Below, in pieces: positions 20,580 through 29,222 of a DNA stretch of 51,160 bases. A program made the translations under genes and the position numbers. The DNA lies in sequence record NZ_CP115194.1. One strand, 5' to 3'. Below the pieces are notes generated by a model. That model was not told the origin of the DNA. It made no database searches and saw only the letters and a program-made list of their open reading frames with translations. Each line of letters starts with the position of its first letter. Position 1 is the stretch's first letter. This DNA comes from a plasmid.

Positions 20580-21149
20580 TTGGCTAAATTTCACGTCGAC
20601 TCTATCCAGGAGTGGCAGTCGTTCGAGCACGACGGCGTAGAGTTCGACCTCGGTCATCTATCGTCGCACCAGGTAGTTTTCAAGAGCGAGAAACAAGACT
20701 ACAAGTTCGTTGTGACTTACGGGCTCCACTGCTTTACGAAAGACGATAGCGGCAACAACATTCCGTACCGGTACGAAGACGGTCGGCATGGGCAAATGGT
20801 CTGCATGGAACGCTACGAGGCCTCCAAGCAGCTCAAGGGCATCATAGAGAAACTGGACTCCGCTACGATCTACCACACGGAAGGCGAGCGCTTTTTCACC
20901 ATGAACATGTTGAACAGCGCTACCGGTCTACTGGAACCGTACAAAGTGTGCCTAGCATTCTTTCGCGAACATCGCTTGCTACGGATTCACGTCACCAGCG
21001 CGTATTTCGCACGCACTGGCGAAGGCTCACCGGATACCCCGATCAACAAAAAGGGATTCAGCATCTACAAGGTCGCGATGGATACGCAAAGAAAGCCGAA
21101 GGGGCAATGCCCCAAGGAAGTACGTAATCGACCGAAAGCGCAAAAATGA
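20580..21149 (+). CDS. hypothetical protein (single-gene cassette, lower GC)
   Basis: 189 aa ORF followed by the hairpin GAATCCCGC-N5-GCGGGATTC. Bounded on both sides by repeat families. Confidence 0.5.
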   Translation: MAKFHVDSIQEWQSFEHDGVEFDLGHLSSHQVVFKSEKQDYKFVVTYGLHCFTKDDSGNNIPYRYEDGRHGQMVCMERYEASKQLKGIIEKLDSATIYHTEGERFFTMNMLNSATGLLEPYKVCLAFFREHRLLRIHVTSAYFARTGEGSPDTPINKKGFSIYKVAMDTQRKPKGQCPKEVRNRPKAQK

Positions 21150-21394
21150 AGGGGCAGAAACGGCGAATCCCGCTCTAGGCGGGATTCTCAGCCGTCGAAA
21201 GTATACGTTCGACGGGGCAGGACACTGTTACCTGGCACTGGGCCATCTGATTGGCATCAGAAGCGGGGTGCGATCCGAAGATCCCTGTAACCACCCTGTG
21301 GTTCACGCTTAAGCGCACACAAAGAATAGTGTGTCCATGGTCACCATGTCAATCATGCTGTCACCTTCTGGATCATCAAGACTCACCCCCAATC

Positions 21395-21790
21395 ATCCCT
21401 CAACGGCTCCACCAGCTGCACGCCGGCCGTGCTGGGTGGATTCACGGCGGCAGGTGCTCGGCGCCGCCGGCGCCGATGGCCATCTCCTGGACGTGATCGA
21501 GGTCGGCGGGATCCACCAGTTGCGCGCTGGCCGTGCCGGCAGGTCACGCGCTCTGTGCTCTTCAAGTGGACCCGCTCGCACCGAGCCGATCCCGGTCAAG
21601 GGCCGCGCTCCCGGCTCGTCGGAACGGCTGCACCGTTCCGGCGAACGGACGCACGGGCGCAGCGCACCCTTGAACGCCTCTCCCCCGAACAGCCTCAGCC
21701 GGGGAGTGTGGGGCAGCTCCTCCGCCCCGCGCTCCCGAGCCCTCGGCGGCAAGAGCGGGATGACAAGGGCAGAGCCCTTGGTGTTCAGAT
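21395..21790. repeat. composite repeat: 105 bp unit (1.5 copies) plus the multi-hairpin element in reverse orientation
   Basis: 21560-21790 is the reverse complement of 32221-32400 and 35584-35760. It includes the GGAACGG-N5-CCGTTCC and CAAGGGC-N3-GCCCTTG stems. Confidence 0.6.
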
Positions 21791-21845
21791 ATGGGGGTTC
21801 CAAGGGGAATCATTCCCCTTGGCCGCACAACGTGCGGAATTGCTC

Positions 21846-22091
21846 TCAGCTTGAAAACCCCTTCATCGGAACAGGGTAGAGATTTGCTCCCACATTTAAG
21901 CCTGCATTGCCTCCGATATGAGAGGCGATGAACTCTGCAACAGGAGGGGTAACGCCAACCCCTATCCCTCGGGAAAGCCCAGACAGTAGCAGGCTCTGGT
22001 GCCTTTCCATCCATTCAGCAAGCTCGATGAGCGCTACCCTGTCTTCCTCAGTCGCTTGCGAATGAAATAGGGTGTTCTCAACATTTTGCAT
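21846..22091 (-). CDS. hypothetical small protein
   Basis: 81 aa. It is preceded by a leader and ribosome-binding site (AACCAGAGAGGT-N-ATGCC-ATG) duplicated from 22326-22376. Confidence 0.3.
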   Translation of the reverse strand: MQNVENTLFHSQATEEDRVALIELAEWMERHQSLLLSGLSRGIGVGVTPPVAEFIASHIGGNAGLNVGANLYPVPMKGFSS

Positions 22092-22141
22092 GGCATATAC
22101 CTCTCTGGTTTAACTTGGCGGTAGGTTCAGCGCGGAAACCA

Positions 22142-22324
22142 TCAGATGCTTGCAGCGGTGGATGGAGAGGAGCAACCGTCCAGGACGGTGTTTATTGCTG
22201 TGACCCACGAATCGACCGCTTTGGCATTACGTAGCTCCCCTACCCAAATCCTGTCAGGACGCACCCGGAGCATGATACGGATCAGGTCGGGAAGCTCCTT
22301 CGGTAACTCATCAGACTGTTTCAT
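22142..22324 (-). pseudogene. remnant of a second, diverged VirB11-like ATPase allele (internal 60-codon fragment)
   Basis: Its translation MKQSDELPKELPDLIRIMLRVRPDRIWVGELRNAKAVDSWVTAINT is ~75% identical to residues ~205-265 of the intact ATPase at 22393-23430. Confidence 0.5.
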
Positions 22325-22392
22325 GGCATACACCTCTCTGGTTGAAGCTCGTGGCAGGTTCAGCAAGGAAGCGCGCCCTGCCGGGCGCGCAG

Positions 22393-23430
22393 TCAGCAGC
22401 TCGGCTTGAGGTAGATGTGTTCTCCCTTCTCGATGTTGTACTCGAAGACTGGGACGATCTTGCCGTTCTGAATAAGGCAGACGTGCGTGATCTTTCGCCC
22501 ATACAGCCGGTGGTTACGGCTGGCATGGATCAGCATGTGCAGGTCACCCATGAGAATCTTGCCGACCAGGTCGTAATCCATCACGCCCGCCGAAGCCATC
22601 AGGTACTGGCAGCGGTGAATGGAGTCGCCCGGGCCGTTGGAGTGGATGGTTGAGGCGCAACCGTCCAGGCCGGTGTTCATCGCAGTGACCCAAGCATTTA
22701 CCGCTTTGGCATCACGTAGCTCCCCTACCCAGAGGCTGTCAGGACGCTGCCGGAGCGAGATACGGATCAGATCGGAAAGCTCCTTTGGCACCCCGTCAGA
22801 TTGCTTCGAGGCCTCCATCGAAATGCAGTTGGGGAGAGTCGTCCGGAGGTGAAGCTCCATCGTGTCTTCCGCGGTAATGATTCGAGTCGAGGGGTCGAGA
22901 AACTTGGAGACAGCCCGAAGCAAGGTCGTCTTTCCTGAGCCAGTGTTTCCGCTGCACAGGAAGTTGACCCTCTTCGAAACCTGCTCGCCAATGAAGTCGG
23001 CCATCTCCGCACTCATGGCCCCGTAGGAAACCAAGTCCTCCAGGGTGAGCAAACGAGTCGGGGCTTTCCGGAGAGTCACCGTCGCGCCAAATGGAGTGAT
23101 GGCCGGCATGGTTGCACAGATGCGGGACGCATCGGGCAACCGCGCGTTCGTCTCGGGGTCCTTGTGAGGATCCACCAAGTTGAGCGCGTTTGCGCACTGG
23201 GTGATGAACCGCTGGAGGTCAGACTCGCTAGCGAATTTCTCCTCGATTCGAATCATTCGGCTGTTCTTCTCGATGAAGATCGAATCCCAGCCATTGATCA
23301 TGATCTCAGTCACTTCAGGATCGCGATAGTGTTCGAGGATCGGCTTGGCGTAGTGGATCACCGACTCCCACGAGCGTAGAGACTTCGGATCGCTGGGAAC
23401 CGGACCAAATACAGTTTCTGTTAGGCTCAT
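22393..23430 (-). CDS. VirB11/TrbB-like secretion ATPase
   Basis: Walker A GNTGSGKTTL and RIITAEDTMEL (VirB11/PulE family). 345 aa, VirB11-sized. The N-terminal EIMINGWDSIFIE motif is present. Confidence 0.8.
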   Translation of the reverse strand: MSLTETVFGPVPSDPKSLRSWESVIHYAKPILEHYRDPEVTEIMINGWDSIFIEKNSRMIRIEEKFASESDLQRFITQCANALNLVDPHKDPETNARLPDASRICATMPAITPFGATVTLRKAPTRLLTLEDLVSYGAMSAEMADFIGEQVSKRVNFLCSGNTGSGKTTLLRAVSKFLDPSTRIITAEDTMELHLRTTLPNCISMEASKQSDGVPKELSDLIRISLRQRPDSLWVGELRDAKAVNAWVTAMNTGLDGCASTIHSNGPGDSIHRCQYLMASAGVMDYDLVGKILMGDLHMLIHASRNHRLYGRKITHVCLIQNGKIVPVFEYNIEKGEHIYLKPSC

Positions 23431-24185
23431 AATGAATACAGCTCCTCGCAGATGAACCTGAACTTATCGGTGGGATGAACCATCTTGGCAGCATCGAATC
23501 CACCACGATGCTCAGGACTGAGAACAAGCTTTCCTCGCTCGTTTATAACGTACATCGGCCAGATGTTTACTTTGTACTTCTCTTCATAGTTGTTCTTAAG
23601 CTGTTCGCTCGAGAATAGATAGAGAACCTGATCGTAATAACCTTTATGGATGTTCTTGAGGTGCGACAGGTAGATGTTATAAACCCGTCCAACGCTTTTA
23701 TGGTTCAACTCCACTTCTAGAGCGACCTTCTTTCCATTCTTGTACTCGAGAACAGCATCCGGCAAATGGTTGGCCTTCATCTTGGAAAGCTCTTTTTCTG
23801 GCATGAAGCCGGTGATCTCATCCCGTCGCGCCATGATCGCCCCCTGGATGGAGAACGCATGGACCAGCTGGATCCACGACGGCGTTCGCCGTCGTTTGAG
23901 ATCCAGGTGCGGCAGCAGCACCCTTGCCATCTCCATCCCGCTCTGGCTCAGCGAGTAGATTTTCCAGTCGAGCCCCGGCGCCTTGGTCACGACGACCAGG
24001 CGAGACTCCTCGAGGCGTCTGAAGAACACAGTCTGACCTCTGACCTCGGCACCATAGGCCTTGGCCAACAGCGATTGGTTGGAGAAATCGAAGAGGGCGA
24101 GCCACCGCACGACCTCTTTGATTTTTTCCCGGCTCCGCTCCTTACCACGGGATCCGGTCCAACCGTCCATTAGACGCTCAGTCAA
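23427..24185 (-). CDS. hypothetical protein with a possible N-terminal wHTH and a PD-(D/E)xK-like motif
   Basis: 252 aa. Its stop overlaps the ATPase start (ATGA), implying translational coupling. The D…ALEVELNHK segment resembles a nuclease core. The family was not recognised. Confidence 0.45.
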   Translation of the reverse strand: MTERLMDGWTGSRGKERSREKIKEVVRWLALFDFSNQSLLAKAYGAEVRGQTVFFRRLEESRLVVVTKAPGLDWKIYSLSQSGMEMARVLLPHLDLKRRRTPSWIQLVHAFSIQGAIMARRDEITGFMPEKELSKMKANHLPDAVLEYKNGKKVALEVELNHKSVGRVYNIYLSHLKNIHKGYYDQVLYLFSSEQLKNNYEEKYKVNIWPMYVINERGKLVLSPEHRGGFDAAKMVHPTDKFRFICEELYSL

Positions 24186-24235
24186 TCTCTCGCTCCTTAC
24201 TCATCTCCCGACTCCGAACAGCCTGAAGCTGTTCC

Positions 24236-24907
24236 GGCCCTCGGAAACAGCCGCAAGCTGTTTCCGCAGGGCAGTCGGGTACAGGTGTTTGATTACGACG
24301 AGCTTTTGTCGCCGATAGCTGCACAGGGCGGTGAAGCTCTCCGGCTCTTGCGAAACAGCCACAAGCTGTTTCGATTGGGCGCCCTGGCACGCAGTGTAGG
24401 GAACGGCGCTTGACCAAGCGAGCGAGCAAGTCAGCCGCCTGTAAAGGCCGGCGCAGACGATGCGAAGTGAAGCGCAGGGCGAAGCCGTCGAGCGAGGCAA
24501 AGTCGGCGCCCAGCTTTTCCGAAACAGCCAGAAGCTGTTTCGGGGGGAGCCCGGCAACGCGCTTCAGGTGACGACGCTTCGCCGAGCAAGCGAGCGAGCC
24601 CAGCCGCCCGAACGGGTCGGCGAGGGCAATGCGATGCGCGGCGATGGCGGAGCCGTCGAGCGAAGGTCGGCAGGCTCCCCTGCTCTTCGGAACAGCCAAA
24701 AGCTGTTCCGGCTTTTCCGAAACAGCCAGAAGCTGTTTCGGGGGGCGCCCAGTAACTCGGCCCAGGTGACGACGCTTCGCCGAGCAAGCGAGCGAGCCCA
24801 GCCGCCCGAACGGGTCGGCGAGGGCAATGCGATGCGCGGCGATGGCGGAGCCGTCGAGCGAAGGTCGGCAGGCGCCCCGCTCTCCGGAACAGCCAAAAGC
24901 TGTTCCG
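24236..24907. repeat. array of 8 hairpin motifs GRAACAGC-N5-GCTGTTYC, including a ~197 bp tandem duplication (24520-24716 / 24717-24905)
   Basis: Copies at 24236, 24262, 24351, 24522, 24694, 24719, 24743 and 24887. The spacing is irregular. The ORFs called here are artefacts of the repeats. Confidence 0.6.
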
Positions 24908-25214
24908 GCAGCGCGCGGCCCAGTTCGCGTCAGCGAGGTGGGCCGAAACAAACAGAAGCCTGACAGATGCGAGACGCGCCCACGCGGCTCGCAAGGCACC
25001 GAGGCCCCCCAGGGCCGAATGCCGGTCTGCTCCAGGGACGGCCGTCCAGGCCGGGACCTGGAGTGCGAAGCATCAGGCGACGTGCAGCGCGCGCCCGTCT
25101 GCGCTCGACTACTGAAGCCCGCCAGGGCTGAAGTCGGCGAGAGCGGACCCCCGGGTTCCGGGGTGGAGCAGCTGAGCAAGGGACGGGAGAAGGACCGCGG
25201 CGAAGAGTTGCGGG

Positions 25215-25361
25215 CCCCCGGGGGTTGGGGTTCCCCCCCCCCCGGGGGGGGGGGGGGGGGGGAGAGGGGTGGGCCCCCCCCCCGGGGGGGGGCCCCACAG
25301 GGGGGGCGCCTCCGGGGGGGGGGGTTCCCCCCCCCCCGGCCCCCCCCTGGGGGGGGGGGGG
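25215..25361. repeat. tract of alternating long poly-G and poly-C homopolymer runs (up to ~24 nt)
   Basis: Read directly from the sequence, runs such as ccccccccccgggggggggggggggggggg. This is possibly an assembly or sequencing artefact, or else a hypermutable structure-forming tract. Confidence 0.7.
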
Positions 25362-25437
25362 CCCTCTTTACGATAGCGATGCAAGCGGCCTAACGGTGGT
25401 TGCGACTTGGGTAAGGCGCGCCGCAATCATCGTGTTT

Positions 25438-27381
25438 ATGACAGCCCTACCCGTCTTCGCCCTTGCCCTGTTCGTCGTAGCTGTCTATCAGTTCGGCTAC
25501 GATGGTGGCCAGGAATATTGGCTCATCTGGTTTGACATACTGCTCAACAGCCTACGAGACCTGTGGTGGATAGCCGTTCCTTTCTTCGCCCTACCCTTCT
25601 TCGTCAAGATGCTCATTCTCCGGGTCGTTCGCCCGCGCATTTCCGCCGCCTGGCGAAACTGGGGAGTGATGCAATCAGGCGATGCGCTGAGCGACATTCG
25701 CACGGAAGTGAATAGACTCAAGGCCAAGAACTTTCTTCCCAGCAACTACTACAAGGAGGACGAATTTTTCTTCGGCCTAGACGAAAAGAACATCCCCCTA
25801 TATGCCCCGCTGTCGGTCTACGTGAAAACACACATCAAGGCCCTGGGACCATCCCAGACAGGGAAAGGTGTCTTTCTCGGGGTAGAACTCGATCAAGCCA
25901 TTTGGCGTGGCTGGGGTGCATGGTTCATAGACCAAAAACCCGATGACAACATCGTTCACATTATGAGCGAATCTTGTGAGCGCAACGGGCGCCCCGCAAT
26001 GGTTGTGTGCGACTTAACCGGTTCCCGAGAAACGGGCTATCACCCTTTCAAAAACGGCACTAGGCGCGAGCGTCGCGAACGGATCACCAAAGTTTTGGGA
26101 CTTAATGACTCAGGCACTGATGCGGACCATTACAAGAGAAATGCTAGGCGTGTTTTGGATATGCTAATGCCTCATTGGGATGGAACACTTTCCCATCTGG
26201 CAGAGTTGATACAGTACCCGCCAAACTCGCTCACTAGTTCCGAAAAGAATCTCGTAGACAATTTTGGGGGAAACATCGAATCGTCTCTTGTGGAGATGCA
26301 ATTTATCGATGCTCTCGAACCACTTGGCGAGGGACTAAACATTGAGAAAGAATTATTGGCGGGCAGCGTAGTTTATATAAAGTCTGATCTTCAAGACGAC
26401 GTTATACGCAGAGCTGCAAATTGCTTACTTGAAGAAGTAATTCAGGTAGTTCGCCGAATCAGTCTTTCAAGCACCCCCCATAAATATGTGCAACTCACAA
26501 TCGACGAAGCAAGGTTCATGATGACAGACACTCTTGCTAACTCACTGGCAACTGTTTTATCAAAACAACTCCTGATGACTCTCGCCTATCAAGCAAGAGA
26601 AGATCCGCTCAACTTGACAGATAAAACCCTTAACGGAGACTCGATCAAGAACGGTATTGAAACGAATACACAGATCACGATTGTTCATCGGGCTACTGAG
26701 AAAGAAACTGCCCAGTGGATCTCCGACAGTACTGGAGAGGCTCAAAAAAGCATCACCAAAATGGAACGGGTGGAGCGAAATCAAGGCGGGGCTGAAGAGT
26801 GGACTGGCGAGCGCAGTATCGGACAGCAAGCGGAGAACTTCGTCCATACAAATGTGATTCTGGCACTGCCCCCGCGCGTAGCGGTACTCATCATACCGAA
26901 CGTGCTCAGCACGGTCATGTACAGCTGCTGGGTGCCCTACAAGCATGCGCACCCACTCAGCCATTACGTTGCTCTACAGCAGAGCCAGAAGGACGCTCAG
27001 GGTTCCCCGGCTGCCGTCCCCTCCTCTACTGTTCCAGCCGTTCCCGCACCGATAGAAGCGAGTCCTGAGGACATGATCGGTGATGACCCATTCGCAGAGC
27101 TTGACCAGCAACCGGATGACACGATTCTGTTTGACCAGGAGGAAGACCCCTTCGCAGACGCCGACGATATCCCAGTCGCTGCAGAACAACTCCCGCAAGC
27201 AGATGACGGCCCGTCCGGGCTCACCCCGGAGCAACAAGCCATGATCGACGCGGCTGCAAACAATTTGTTCGCTTCTTCTGCCGAGAAGAAGAACAAGACG
27301 ATGAAGCAAGAGAAGAAATCACCTAGCGGCCAGGGCCAAGACGTGGACCTGTCCTCTCTCGACAACGTAGACGGAATCTGA
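25438..27381 (+). CDS. VirD4/TraG-family type IV coupling protein (T4CP) with an acidic C-terminal tail
   Basis: Two N-terminal TM helices. The atypical Walker A LGPSQTGKGVFLGV matches the VirD4/TraG APTRSGKGVG type. FIDQKPDD follows, and the C-terminus is Asp/Glu-rich. Start set at the ATG at 25438, downstream of the G/C tract. Confidence 0.55.
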   Translation: MTALPVFALALFVVAVYQFGYDGGQEYWLIWFDILLNSLRDLWWIAVPFFALPFFVKMLILRVVRPRISAAWRNWGVMQSGDALSDIRTEVNRLKAKNFLPSNYYKEDEFFFGLDEKNIPLYAPLSVYVKTHIKALGPSQTGKGVFLGVELDQAIWRGWGAWFIDQKPDDNIVHIMSESCERNGRPAMVVCDLTGSRETGYHPFKNGTRRERRERITKVLGLNDSGTDADHYKRNARRVLDMLMPHWDGTLSHLAELIQYPPNSLTSSEKNLVDNFGGNIESSLVEMQFIDALEPLGEGLNIEKELLAGSVVYIKSDLQDDVIRRAANCLLEEVIQVVRRISLSSTPHKYVQLTIDEARFMMTDTLANSLATVLSKQLLMTLAYQAREDPLNLTDKTLNGDSIKNGIETNTQITIVHRATEKETAQWISDSTGEAQKSITKMERVERNQGGAEEWTGERSIGQQAENFVHTNVILALPPRVAVLIIPNVLSTVMYSCWVPYKHAHPLSHYVALQQSQKDAQGSPAAVPSSTVPAVPAPIEASPEDMIGDDPFAELDQQPDDTILFDQEEDPFADADDIPVAAEQLPQADDGPSGLTPEQQAMIDAAANNLFASSAEKKNKTMKQEKKSPSGQGQDVDLSSLDNVDGI

Positions 27382-27383
27382 CT

Positions 27384-28193
27384 ATGCCAACTATCTACTC
27401 CGTAATGACGCCCAAAGGCGGCGTCGGCAAGACCACCAGTCTGACCGGGCTGGCCTGCTACATCGCAGGCCAGCTCCAGAAGAAGGTTCTTCTGGTCGAC
27501 CTGGACAACATTGCCAGCCTGACCAACAACTTCCAGGGGGCAGATGTTCGGTACTCGCAGTACAGCAATGTTACGGATCTGTTCGTTGACCCCGACGAAC
27601 AGCGCAAGATCGTGGTGAGCCCTATCTCGGATCGAATCCACCTGATCCAGGGGCACTCGGATATGTCAGCGGTCAACCGCTCTGCCAGCCTCATGGTTCT
27701 GAACCAGCTGGAGGAGAACCTCAAACAGAACGTTCCCGACTTCGAGTCCTATGACTACGTGTTGATCGACACACCAGCCGGCAACGGAAACATCGTGCTG
27801 GCCGCGCTGATAGCTTCGCACCGGGTCTACTCTCCGATCGACCTCGACAACAACGCGATCACCTCCCTCCATGAGCTGGCGAAGATTCTGAAGGTCATTC
27901 GCAACCGCATGAACCCGGACCTGTCCTGGGAAGGATTCCTCATCAACCGAGTACCGAAGCTGGTGAGCTATCTCGGGAAGAAGGTGCCCGAAGCAACGAC
28001 AGAACGGGTTATCTACAACGAGCTGGTCGAGAAGTACCAGGAACGAGCGCTGCTCGGGGTAATCGCGTACCGCAATCCGATCAAGAAGGCTTTCAGCCAG
28101 GGCAAGTGGATTGAGCCGGACAATGACTCGGCTCGAGACGCCCTGGCCGAAGTCGAAGCCTTCTGCAAGAAACTGTTGGAGTCCAAGCAATGA
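27384..28193 (+). CDS. parA: ParA/Soj-family partition ATPase
   Basis: Deviant Walker A KGGVGKTT near the N-terminus. 269 aa. The stop overlaps the downstream gene (ATGA). Confidence 0.85.
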   Translation: MPTIYSVMTPKGGVGKTTSLTGLACYIAGQLQKKVLLVDLDNIASLTNNFQGADVRYSQYSNVTDLFVDPDEQRKIVVSPISDRIHLIQGHSDMSAVNRSASLMVLNQLEENLKQNVPDFESYDYVLIDTPAGNGNIVLAALIASHRVYSPIDLDNNAITSLHELAKILKVIRNRMNPDLSWEGFLINRVPKLVSYLGKKVPEATTERVIYNELVEKYQERALLGVIAYRNPIKKAFSQGKWIEPDNDSARDALAEVEAFCKKLLESKQ

Positions 28194-29212
28194 GTGATGC
28201 CATCGCCGAACTGTTGAACAGCAAATCGTCGGACAACGAACCACGTGAACGGATCGTGCTGATCCACCGCTCCGACCTCTACCCGGACCCGACGCAAGAC
28301 CGTGATGACTGGGAGGCCGAAAGAACTCTCGCCCACATCGCCGGCATCCGCAGGAGTGCGCTGATCCCCCTCGAGGAGGGCCGCCACTACGGAATCCGAA
28401 AAGCTCTTTGGGTGGAACCAGCAGACGAAACAGGGAAGCACAAGATCATCGAGGGAGAATGCCGCTGGAGGGCGACCGAAGACGCTCCGGATGACGTGCA
28501 GCTGCTGCCGTGCATCATCAGTAAAGGTGGCGTTCGCGAACGGCGAATGGACCATGTGACGGGCAACGTCCTCGGCCAGGGGCTGACCGTTTGGCAAACC
28601 GCATGCTCGATCAAGCGGGACAAGGAGGAATTCGGATTCACCACTGAGGAAATCCTTGCGGTACACGGCATCAAGGACAAGTCGCGCCTGAGCCGCTACA
28701 TGAAGGTTTTCAAGCTGAGCCCCGAGGCACAGGAGTTTGCGAAGCTAGATGAATTCCGGGACGTCAACATCATCTACGACCTGGAAAAGCTCGACAAGAT
28801 GGGGCCGGATACCCTGAAGAAGCTGAGCAAGCGCCTGGAGAAAGGGGAAAGCATCCAGACGGCCATCAAGGCGCTGCTGCCGCGTGAAAAAAAGAAATCG
28901 GAGCCGCCGGCGCCGGGGGCAGGGCAGGGGTCAGTTTCAGATTCTGAAACCGGCACCACCCAGCAGCCCTCCAGCGAGGATGGAGCGGCAACCACGGATA
29001 GCGCTTCAACGAGTGACAGCGCCAATACGGCAGCCAGCTCTTCGGGCTCAGTGGTTTCAGATTCTGAAACCAACGGCAGCGCCTCTCTCATGTTGACCCC
29101 GAAGAGAGCCCAAGCCCTGGCCGTACTGCTGAACATCGAACCGGGTGAGGGTGATCTGAGCGCGCTGATCGAGGCGCTTGCTCAAGCCCTGGATGAACTT
29201 GCGGAAAAGTGA
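28190..29212 (+). CDS. parB: ParB-like partition protein with a Ser/Thr/Asp-rich low-complexity linker
   Basis: Translationally coupled to parA. It contains a GGVRERR segment reminiscent of ParB box II, and two 17 bp palindromes inside the coding region. Confidence 0.5.
   Translation: MSDAIAELLNSKSSDNEPRERIVLIHRSDLYPDPTQDRDDWEAERTLAHIAGIRRSALIPLEEGRHYGIRKALWVEPADETGKHKIIEGECRWRATEDAPDDVQLLPCIISKGGVRERRMDHVTGNVLGQGLTVWQTACSIKRDKEEFGFTTEEILAVHGIKDKSRLSRYMKVFKLSPEAQEFAKLDEFRDVNIIYDLEKLDKMGPDTLKKLSKRLEKGESIQTAIKALLPREKKKSEPPAPGAGQGSVSDSETGTTQQPSSEDGAATTDSASTSDSANTAASSSGSVVSDSETNGSASLMLTPKRAQALAVLLNIEPGEGDLSALIEALAQALDELAEK
28934..28950. promoter_or_regulatory. 17 bp perfect palindrome GTTTCAGATTCTGAAAC, a candidate parS/centromere site (copy 1)
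   Basis: Perfect 8 bp arms around a central T. It lies inside the parB-like gene, where it encodes SDSET. Confidence 0.4.
29054..29070. promoter_or_regulatory. 17 bp perfect palindrome GTTTCAGATTCTGAAAC (copy 2)
   Basis: An identical copy 120 bp downstream of the first. Confidence 0.4.
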
Positions 29213-29222
29213 AATAACCCCC

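Noticed and set aside
24236-24907. Possible CRISPR array (repeated palindromic ~21 bp motifs)
   Set aside because: The repeat spacing is irregular, from 3 to ~170 bp. The repeats are hairpins with variable loops, not constant direct repeats. Part of the pattern is explained by a 197 bp tandem duplication. No cas genes lie nearby.
24178-25393. Long ORFs in the ORF track (333 aa, 187 aa, 167 aa, 188 aa) over the hairpin array and the G/C tract
   Set aside because: They are low-complexity Arg/Pro/Gly/Ala translations of repeats and homopolymers. They occur in several overlapping frames on both strands, lack ribosome-binding sites, and have no protein-like composition.
25225-25437. N-terminal extension of the coupling-protein ORF, starting inside the poly-G/C tract
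   Set aside because: The translation is a poly-Gly/Pro string produced by the homopolymers. A proper ATG at 25438 directly precedes the first TM helix.
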